Of a stretch of DNA of 15,906 nt, positions 7,057-14,540 are shown piece after piece. The DNA comes from an uncultured bacterium (GTDB taxonomy: Bacteria > Zixibacteria > MSB-5A5 > GN15 > FEB-12). Location of the stretch: positions 1 to 15,906 of the forward strand of contig CBDVDR010000031.1 in assembly GCA_965372795.1 (NCBI GenBank). The letters run 5' to 3'. Each line of letters opens with the position of its first letter. Position 1 is the stretch's first letter. The position numbers were made by a program, and so were the translations under genes. The notes under the pieces are model-generated. The model was not told the DNA's origin. It did no database searches and worked only from the letters and a program-made list of their open reading frames with translations.

Positions 7057-8160
7057 ATGGCCTTTATGAGAGGGCTTCCAAAACCTGCCGGCTATCTGGC
7101 TATTTTTCTGATTTTATCAATAATTTTTCTGGCTACTCCCAAAAGCCAGGCACAATTTTCAGACCTTAGGGTGACCGTAGGTGACACTACTGCTTACTCC
7201 AATGAAACTAATACCGTCATATCAGTTTATTTAGATAATTTCCGCCATGAAATAGCGGGCTTTAATATTTGGATACAACTCGACAATCCTGACATTATAA
7301 AATTCCAGGTTGATTCAGCCATAGTTGTTGACAGCACCTATTACAGATGTACTGAGTGGGATGGCGTCAATTGCTTAACTTATGTAATAAGTACCCCGCT
7401 TGATTTTGACTCGATAGGAGTTATTACTGATACTGTTCTGGTTGGTAACCATGATGTTACCGGTACATTAATAGAAGATTGGGAATATGTTGATTCTCGC
7501 TCTCTTAGCGGACAGGGAGCTGATATTAATATTGCAGCTTTTGCAAATATGCCCGCTCCTCCTGCTACTCCGGGAATCCTGCCACAGCAGGGTGGGTTGC
7601 TGGTTAAAATTTTAGCTGACGTTTATAATATTCCGGATACAGCTATTGAACGAACCGTAAATATGATGATTCAATATGAAATTGTTGATCACTTTAATTT
7701 TTCTCTTCCTGATGGTTCCTCGATCGGTATTTTATATAATGAAATCACAGACACTTCTTGTTGGACATGTAATATATGGTGTGGTTCAGTTTGTTGTGAT
7801 TTAGTGAAAGTATCCGAACCCCCATTTGGAGATTATGCTAATTGTGATTCTACCGATATATCTTTGGAACTATCCCCTTATGTTGATACCGATAAAATTA
7901 TTATTATAGATGGATCGTTAACCGTTTTAGTAACGCCTGAATGTATTTGCGGAGATATAAACGGCGATGAATACCATCTTTCCGACATCTCCGATTTGAC
8001 CTATATGGTTGATTATATTTTTGGCGGCGGACCTGAACCGGCAGAATTTGTTTGTGCGGATGTTAATTCCAGTGGTGGAACTTTGATAAATATTTCAGAT
8101 CTTACTTACCTTGTAAATTATTTATTTACCGGCGGTGATGACCCCGTCTGTACTTTTTAG
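7057..8160 (+). CDS. Secreted protein (367 aa): cohesin-like domain with Cys-rich insertions and a C-terminal dockerin-like domain
   Basis: Start moved to ATG 7057 (AGGAGG 5 nt upstream; signal peptide ending SQA-Q). Cohesin-like opening strands VTVGDTTAY...VISVYLDN...IAGFNIWIQLD. Duplicated Ca-loop/helix GDINGD..SDISDLTYMVDYIF and ADVNSSG..INISDLTYLVNYLF at about 7942-8151. Confidence 0.8.
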   Translation: MAFMRGLPKPAGYLAIFLILSIIFLATPKSQAQFSDLRVTVGDTTAYSNETNTVISVYLDNFRHEIAGFNIWIQLDNPDIIKFQVDSAIVVDSTYYRCTEWDGVNCLTYVISTPLDFDSIGVITDTVLVGNHDVTGTLIEDWEYVDSRSLSGQGADINIAAFANMPAPPATPGILPQQGGLLVKILADVYNIPDTAIERTVNMMIQYEIVDHFNFSLPDGSSIGILYNEITDTSCWTCNIWCGSVCCDLVKVSEPPFGDYANCDSTDISLELSPYVDTDKIIIIDGSLTVLVTPECICGDINGDEYHLSDISDLTYMVDYIFGGGPEPAEFVCADVNSSGGTLINISDLTYLVNYLFTGGDDPVCTF

Positions 8161-8177
8161 AAGATTAAAAAATTATT

Positions 8178-8193
8178 TTGTGCTTCGGCACAA
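8178..8193 (+). other. Intergenic hairpin with an extra-stable C(UUCG)G tetraloop
   Basis: TTGTGC-TTCG-GCACAA, 17 nt after the stop; no U-tract on the plus strand, so more likely an RNA stabiliser or processing element than a terminator. Confidence 0.5.
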
Positions 8194-8440
8194 TAACAAA
8201 ATTGAATTAAAAATAGAAACTTTTAACTTTGGAAGGAGGACGCCTAAAAGAGGTATTTTTTATGGCATACGCTCATTTGAAAGAACATCTAGTATGTTTT
8301 AGTGTCCTCAACTTGAATTCGTCAAAGAACAGGTGGCTCTCTTCTAAGATGGATAATACTCGAGAATTGTGGGGGAAAGCATTAAAATTATTAGATTTAC
8401 ACCAAGAAACACTTCGTAACGAAGACTGTAGGAGATAAAG

Positions 8441-11023
8441 ATGAAACGTATTGCGTTTATCCTAACATCTTTGTTAGTTCTTTCCTTTGGGTTCGCATAT
8501 GGTCAATCAGATATTTCTGTTGATCATGTTGATGGACTCGCCAGCCCTACACAGGTAGCCGCTGGCCAAACAGTAACCTTCCATATCCGTTATACCCAAA
8601 ACGGTCCGGCTGCAGTTACTGGTTCTACTAACGGTTTTAAAGTTTACTCACCAGACGGTGCAGTATTTTCACCTATCACATATGCTGAAACAGGTGCAAT
8701 TACTCCTGACATGTATGACGGTGGTACTTTCTTAACTCCGTTTAGTATCGATGGTATCGGTGCTGACACTATTGGTTATGGTGGATTTAAATTATTTAAA
8801 CCAGGTCTTGAGCCTGGATTTGACGAAATAGTCCTTACCATTTCTACCAGTGTTGAACCCAATACTTATGATGGATTGTCTCTCTGTATAGACAGTGCAT
8901 TCTATCCTCCAGGTGGAGCCTGGGTATGGTCCTCGGCCCCGGATGTAAATCCGACTTGGACCAACGGTGGTTGTTTTGAAATTTATACAATCCCGAACCT
9001 TCCTCCGACATTTGGACCAGATGCTGATCCAGCATTTGGTACTCCTGTTTGTGAAGAAATTGGTAACCAAGGTCATTGTGATGTAGCTATGAAGCAGTTT
9101 ACTGCTGTAGTTGCTCTGAACGATGATGAGCCTGGTTTACCTATTTCTTACAGCTTAGTATCTGGTATTGGTGCTATTGATGCCGGTACAGGTATGTGGA
9201 GCTACGCTCCTTCACAGGCTGACGTTGGCACACATGTTGTCGTCGTTCAAGCTTGTGACGCTCTTAACGAATGCACAGGTCCTAATGCTTCTTATGATGA
9301 TTGCACATCAAGTGTAACATTCACAAATGAAGCTCCTTCTTTCACCGCTGGCTGTGATTCTTACACACCAGTAGGTAAAGGTAATCCTGTATCAGTCGAT
9401 GTTGACGCTGTTGACGGCGACTGTGATGGAATTACATTCTCAATCGTTGATGTTGTTCCTACACCAACTGGCGTAGTCAGCATTGATGCGAACACTGGCG
9501 TAGTCACTTTTGCTACTGTAGAAGCTGACGCCGCTGCTGCTCCTGGAACACCTTACACAATTACTGTTGCCGTATCTGATGGTTTAGCTACTGTTGAATG
9601 CGACCTCACTATTGATGTACTGTTCACCGAACCTTATCAGGTTCGTATTGAAAAAACCCACCTGACTATTCAGGGCGGTCACGAATCAGTCGACATTACT
9701 GTCGAAGCCGGTTCCGAGACTATGGGTGGATTCGATCTTTTAATCGCTTACGATGCTAGCGCCCTGACATTTGTCACCGCTCTCGAAGGCGACATTTACT
9801 CCGATTGCGGTTGGGAATATTTCACCTACCGTTTCGGTGCAACTGGTAACTGCTCCGGTGGTTGCCCAAGTGGTCTGTTAAGAATCGTTGGTATTGCTGA
9901 AACAAATAACGGTGCCTATCACCCAACATGTTTCTTTGGCGAATCCAAACCTTTCACACTGGCCTCTTTAGATTTCTTAGTCACAGACGATCGTACTTTG
10001 GAATGTCAGTATGTCCCAATCCGTTTCTTATGGATGGACTGTGCTGATAACACTATCGCCTCAGAATCTGGTGATACTCTGTTTATTTCCCGTTTTGTTT
10101 ATGACTATGATCGTGGCGGTGAACTTACAAATGTAGCTTCATATCCTACCTATACAGGTGCACAGGATGCTGACTGCTTTGTAGGCGATGCTGCTAAAGT
10201 TCCGGTTCGTTTCATTGATTTCTTTAATGGTGGAATTGACATTGCTTGTGCCGATGAACTCGATGCTCGCGGTGACGTCAACCTGAATGAAATCGGTTAC
10301 GAAATTGCTGATGCTGTTCTGTTCTCCAACTACTTTGTATATGGTTTAGGCGTATTTTGGAATATTCCTGGACAGGTAGCTGCAACAGACGTTAATGCCG
10401 ACGGTCTATCCTTGTCAGTTGCTGACTTGGTATATTTGACTCGCGTGGTTATTGGCGATGCTCAGCCTTATCCGAAACTGAATCCAGAAGTTGCCAGCTA
10501 CTCAGTTGACAATGGTACTGTCCGTGTAAACAGTGAAATGGGCGCAGCCTCTATCATCGTTTCCGGTAACACCGTTCCTACACTGATGGCCGACAACATG
10601 GAAATGCGCTATAACTTTGACGGAACAAACACCCGTATACTCGTTTACAGCACAGAAGCTAACGCTAAATTCAGCGGTGACTTCTTGAACGTAAACGGCG
10701 ATATCATTGATATCGAAATGGCTACTTACGAAGGTACCCCGGTTGCCGCAAAAGTTATTCCAGCTAATTACAGCCTCAAACAGAACTATCCTAACCCGTT
10801 CAACCCTTCAACCACAGTAGCCTTTGATATGGCTAATGCTGGCAAATACACTCTTACCGTTTACAACGTAACCGGTCAGAAGGTTGCCGAATTTGCTGAC
10901 TTCTCAGAAGCCGGTACTGTAACTGTTGATTGGGATGCTTCGATGATGGCATCAGGTATTTACTTCTATAAGTTAAATGCTGATAACTTCACCGATACCA
11001 AGAAGATGGTACTGTTGAAATAA
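8441..11023 (+). CDS. Secreted modular surface protein (860 aa): beta-sandwich, two Ig/cadherin-like domains, cohesin-like, dockerin-like and T9SS-type CTD
   Basis: AGGAG RBS; signal peptide ending AYG-Q; Ig-like segments (NLPPTF...YSLVSG.GAIDAGTG.WSYAP; NEAPSF...SIDANTGVVTF); cohesin-like MGGFDLLIAYDASALTF; dockerin-like RGDVNLN..EIADAVLFSNYF and TDVNADG..SVADLVYL (about 10268-10456); CTD YSLKQNYPNPFNPST...SGIYFYKL...TKKMVLLK. Confidence 0.88.
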   Translation: MKRIAFILTSLLVLSFGFAYGQSDISVDHVDGLASPTQVAAGQTVTFHIRYTQNGPAAVTGSTNGFKVYSPDGAVFSPITYAETGAITPDMYDGGTFLTPFSIDGIGADTIGYGGFKLFKPGLEPGFDEIVLTISTSVEPNTYDGLSLCIDSAFYPPGGAWVWSSAPDVNPTWTNGGCFEIYTIPNLPPTFGPDADPAFGTPVCEEIGNQGHCDVAMKQFTAVVALNDDEPGLPISYSLVSGIGAIDAGTGMWSYAPSQADVGTHVVVVQACDALNECTGPNASYDDCTSSVTFTNEAPSFTAGCDSYTPVGKGNPVSVDVDAVDGDCDGITFSIVDVVPTPTGVVSIDANTGVVTFATVEADAAAAPGTPYTITVAVSDGLATVECDLTIDVLFTEPYQVRIEKTHLTIQGGHESVDITVEAGSETMGGFDLLIAYDASALTFVTALEGDIYSDCGWEYFTYRFGATGNCSGGCPSGLLRIVGIAETNNGAYHPTCFFGESKPFTLASLDFLVTDDRTLECQYVPIRFLWMDCADNTIASESGDTLFISRFVYDYDRGGELTNVASYPTYTGAQDADCFVGDAAKVPVRFIDFFNGGIDIACADELDARGDVNLNEIGYEIADAVLFSNYFVYGLGVFWNIPGQVAATDVNADGLSLSVADLVYLTRVVIGDAQPYPKLNPEVASYSVDNGTVRVNSEMGAASIIVSGNTVPTLMADNMEMRYNFDGTNTRILVYSTEANAKFSGDFLNVNGDIIDIEMATYEGTPVAAKVIPANYSLKQNYPNPFNPSTTVAFDMANAGKYTLTVYNVTGQKVAEFADFSEAGTVTVDWDASMMASGIYFYKLNADNFTDTKKMVLLK

Positions 11024-11038
11024 GGCTTTTTGCTTTTG

Positions 11039-11074
11039 TTCTCCGGAAAGGTTAATTCCTTTCCGGGGGATTTA
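11039..11074 (+). terminator. Strong stem-loop, probable intrinsic terminator or 3' stabiliser
   Basis: TTCTCCGGAAAGG-TTAATT-CCTTTCCGGGGGA (13 bp including G-U pairs) followed by TTTA, 15 nt after the stop. Confidence 0.7.
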
Positions 11075-11462
11075 TAAGGAGGCGAGGAAGTAGAAAAATA
11101 TTGGTAATGTTTTGAGAAGAAGACCAAAAATAAAGAGAAGAATGGATTTTTTGAGATGACCATTATAAGCAAAGTATTTGTTAATGCAAACTTGAGCCGG
11201 TCATCTTTTTGCATTTATATGAGAGATCAAATAGTTCAAATCAATGAAATATGCAACTTAATGCAGCTTTGCATAAGCTTGCCACGGAAGGTAAAAGTCT
11301 TACTCTCACCCTCACAAAATACATTCCACAAAATTAATGAGGAATTTCGATTAAAAAATTGATAACTTTGATTTGCTAAAGCCGTTAAATCAGCTACCTG
11401 ATTGATAGATAGGCTGTTACGGAAAAGAAAAAAGCAAGGGGATTAGAAGATTTATTGAGATT

Positions 11463-11487
11463 ATTTTGCCACAGGGATTGGCAAAAT
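11463..11487. promoter_or_regulatory. Inverted repeat ATTTTGCCA-N7-TGGCAAAAT, with a third half-site at 11551-11560
   Basis: Perfect 9-bp arms in the long intergenic region upstream of the 11823 gene; TTGGCAAAAT occurs at both 11478 and 11551. Confidence 0.4.
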
Positions 11488-11603
11488 TTCTCTATTGATA
11501 TTAAAAATCGGTCTGGTTATTGCTCAGACTATGGTTAGAGAAAAGTATATTTGGCAAAATATGGTTTTTAGCCAAAAAAAAGAGGTTTAGATAGATATAG
11601 AGT

Positions 11604-11804
11604 ATGCAGAGAATTACGAACATAGACATTTCAAGCGGATTAACAGGACGTTTTCTGAGCGGTTCAAAAGAAATCGGTAAATCGTATCTGCAAAAATTAA
11701 GGGCTTATGAGGGAAAAGATATCCTTTTAGATGATAATAAGATAGATGCTCAAATTGATAGATTTTTTGAATTAGATATAAATTCTGTGGTAGTTGATAA
11801 TTGA
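11604..11804 (+). CDS. Small hypothetical protein (66 aa), uncertain
   Basis: ATG-started ORF with protein-like composition that ends just before the RBS of the next gene; no convincing RBS and no recognisable motif. Confidence 0.3.
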   Translation: MQRITNIDISSGLTGRFLSGSKEIGKSYLQKLRAYEGKDILLDDNKIDAQIDRFFELDINSVVVDN

Positions 11805-11822
11805 GAAATTTTGGAGGTATAG

Positions 11823-14519
11823 ATGAAATATATTAAAATTCCCCTAATAATAATGGCGGTGTTGCTGTTTTATAGCGGGGTCTCATATTCACAAATAACA
11901 AATGAATATAAGCAATGTAGTCAAGTTTCTCATTCAACAGTTGACGAGGTTGAAATCGTAAGTGTTGAAGCTAAGCCGGAAGATACTCTTTGGATGCCGT
12001 TTTCTATTAAGAACTTTGATAATCCCAATACTGATTATGAAGAATTTGTAACTGCCTTTATTATTCAGATAACTTATAATGATACTTTTCTTACTCCAAT
12101 TTTAACTCCCGGCGATCCAAATGGTGATATAACTGTGGTTGAAGCAGGCCGTCTTAAAACAGCAATTAATAAATTACCTGAATCAGAACGTGACGGTAGA
12201 TTAGTAGCTCAAATTTCTCAAAATCCAATAGATGATGGTGCTTTGATTATTCAGTTTAACCTTGCTCCTCTTGAGTTTTACGAACCGCCAAAAGTGACAG
12301 CTGGTTCAGGAGTGGTATTTCTGCTTCCTTTCTTAGTTGACCCTAACATTCCTGATGGTAAAACTTTATTTTTTGATTTTCATGAAATTAATGAATGTAT
12401 TGTTATCGGGTCGGACATATTCTGTGCAAATTGCCGTTTATCTGAATTTGGTGTCAGAACTATAGATTCAACATTTTTTAATACGGATACAGGTTACGAA
12501 GATACGGTCTTTTTTGATGTTCCGGTTTACCCGAGTTTGACGACTGGTACTTATACTGCCAACGATTTTCCTCCTCCGGCGATTAACCAATTCTACCCTG
12601 AAAATCAAACAATTTCTACAGGCGGTGTAACTCTGTTCTGGGATGTACTCAATGTCGATTCAATCAATATTACCGGACCGAATCTGGTTTATGAAACTAT
12701 TTCAGCCTTCAACTCGGCAACTTCTGTGATTCCACCGCAAACCAACGGAACCTATACCTATACTTTAAAAGCCTTTGGCTTTGATTCCAAGGATTCATCA
12801 ATTGCAACAACTTATATTATTTTTGATGCGGACGATACCGGAGATCCTGATCCTGATCCGACCAACGCAGCCCCAGTAATTAGCGTAGCCTCAGCCTTTA
12901 CCGTAGAAGAAGGAGCCCCGCTAAGTTTTTCTGTTTCCGCATCGGACTCAGATGGAGATAACATAACTTTATCAGCCCAGGCGCCACTTCCTAATAATTC
13001 GAATTTTACAACTGTCATGGGTGTTGGATCTGTGACTGGAACCTTTAGCTGGACACCTGATATTGATCAAAATGGTTTTTATAACATAACTTTTTCCGCA
13101 ACCGATGGTTCGAAGACAACAAATTCAACGGTGGGAATAACAGTTACGAAAATTCAGGGTGACCGTATTTTCTCAACCTCGTCACTTGGGCAGGCTCCGG
13201 TTGGCGGTTTAAAAGGTAAGAAGAATGTGTTGTTGCCGATTGATCTGGTAACATCGCAGACCGTTTACGGTATTCAGTTTGATTTTGTTTATGATTATCA
13301 ATATTTCGAAATTGATTCATTTGTAGTAACTGATCGTACTCCTGATTATGTCATCTATGATAACATTGGACAAACACCGGGGATTATCAGAGTTGTTACT
13401 TTTGGTTTGGCAAATGAACCGATTGTAACTGATAATTCAACAGCAATTATGTATGCTGCTATGTCGATTGACTCGACAGCTCCTCCGGGGGATTATCCGG
13501 TATTTATTCAGGATGGCTGGGAATCAATCAATCCGGATCCATCGTTCCCGTCGCTTGAATTACTTGTTGATGATGCTATTATTCAGGTAGATCTACCCGG
13601 TGATGTCAACCTTGACAAGAGGATTGACGTTGCTGATTTGGTTAGTATGGTAGCCTACATCATTGGTGAATTTGGTTTACCCGAAAGACAGTTTGATGTC
13701 TCCGATGTAATTTATAACGACACAGTTGATGTCTTTGATTTAGTTGGCATAATAAATCTATTATATGGTATTCCAATTGAATCAGGCGGCACCGGTCAGA
13801 GTTTTGCAACCGGGCTTGCAACTGTTGAGCTTGATTATTCAGATATTTTGATTGGTCAGACCGATAAATTGGTTGTGAAATCTGATCTTCCGGTTGAAAT
13901 CGGGGGAGTGCAGCTTGAAATTCTGTACGATCCATCCACAGTCGAACTTGGAAAACCGGAAACAGCCTCGGATGCCAGCAATCTTACTATGAATTATAAA
14001 GATAATGGTTATGGTAAAATGGTAGTGTTGATGTATTTTAACAACCCATTTGATGAAGATGCTTTAGTCAGCGCCGGTACTGCCGATTTGATTAATGTAC
14101 CGATTATTGCCCATAATGATATTGAAGCGGGAAATGAAGCCCAGATTAAACTCTCGCGGGTTCTGCTGTCAACGGGTGAAGCCGCAACCGTAAGCGTCGA
14201 AGGATTTACGGCAGCTCTTCCGGAAACTTTTGCCTTGAAGCAGAATTATCCTAATCCATTCAATCCGATAACAACGATTGAATTTTCACTTGGGACCGGG
14301 AGTAGCAGTTCTGGTTTGAAAGATGTTACTCTGGATATTTATAATGTTTTAGGGCAACATGTAAAAGCTTTGCTCAACGATGCTTTGCCTCCGGGTAATT
14401 ATAACGTTGAATGGGATGCTACTAATGAGAGCGGTATAAAAACTGCCACGGGTATTTATTTGTATCGATTAAAAGTTGGCTCGGAAATACAAACCAAGAA
14501 GATGCTGCTTCTTAAATAA
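11823..14519 (+). CDS. Secreted scaffoldin-like protein (898 aa): cohesin-like, Ig-like, DP linker, cadherin/He_PIG-like Ig, cohesin-like, dockerin-like, cohesin-like and FlgD-Ig/T9SS-type CTD
   Basis: GGAGG RBS; signal peptide ending SYS-Q; three cohesin-like strand motifs (VTAFIIQITYNDTFL, VYGIQFDFVYDYQYF, IGGVQLEILYDPSTVEL); dockerin-like PGDVNLDKRIDVADLVSMVAYII and SDVIYNDTVDVFDLVGIINLL (about 13596-13769); CTD FALKQNYPNPFNP...WDATNESG...ATGIYLYRL...TKKMLLLK. Confidence 0.88.
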   Translation: MKYIKIPLIIMAVLLFYSGVSYSQITNEYKQCSQVSHSTVDEVEIVSVEAKPEDTLWMPFSIKNFDNPNTDYEEFVTAFIIQITYNDTFLTPILTPGDPNGDITVVEAGRLKTAINKLPESERDGRLVAQISQNPIDDGALIIQFNLAPLEFYEPPKVTAGSGVVFLLPFLVDPNIPDGKTLFFDFHEINECIVIGSDIFCANCRLSEFGVRTIDSTFFNTDTGYEDTVFFDVPVYPSLTTGTYTANDFPPPAINQFYPENQTISTGGVTLFWDVLNVDSINITGPNLVYETISAFNSATSVIPPQTNGTYTYTLKAFGFDSKDSSIATTYIIFDADDTGDPDPDPTNAAPVISVASAFTVEEGAPLSFSVSASDSDGDNITLSAQAPLPNNSNFTTVMGVGSVTGTFSWTPDIDQNGFYNITFSATDGSKTTNSTVGITVTKIQGDRIFSTSSLGQAPVGGLKGKKNVLLPIDLVTSQTVYGIQFDFVYDYQYFEIDSFVVTDRTPDYVIYDNIGQTPGIIRVVTFGLANEPIVTDNSTAIMYAAMSIDSTAPPGDYPVFIQDGWESINPDPSFPSLELLVDDAIIQVDLPGDVNLDKRIDVADLVSMVAYIIGEFGLPERQFDVSDVIYNDTVDVFDLVGIINLLYGIPIESGGTGQSFATGLATVELDYSDILIGQTDKLVVKSDLPVEIGGVQLEILYDPSTVELGKPETASDASNLTMNYKDNGYGKMVVLMYFNNPFDEDALVSAGTADLINVPIIAHNDIEAGNEAQIKLSRVLLSTGEAATVSVEGFTAALPETFALKQNYPNPFNPITTIEFSLGTGSSSSGLKDVTLDIYNVLGQHVKALLNDALPPGNYNVEWDATNESGIKTATGIYLYRLKVGSEIQTKKMLLLK

Positions 14520-14540
14520 GAGTTGGAGTAGATTTTAAAT

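Noticed and set aside
7057..8160. Enrichment of Bacteroidota-type O-glycosylation sequons D-(S/T)-(A/I/L/V/M/T)
   Set aside because: About seven matches here, but cytoplasmic FprA also has about four, so enrichment cannot be shown by eye.
8229..8438. 69-aa ORF between the first two cohesin/dockerin genes
   Set aside because: No recognisable motif and atypical composition. An internal ATG near 8262 has GAGGT upstream, so a small peptide is not excluded, but support is too weak to call.
11270..11284. sigma54-like promoter on the minus strand (TGGCAAGCTTATGCA)
   Set aside because: GG-to-GC spacing is 9 nt rather than the required 10, and it points antisense to the cluster.
11802..11822. Second Sec read-through at the TGA ending the 66-aa ORF
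   Set aside because: No redox-motif context, no hairpin, and an in-frame TAG follows five codons later.
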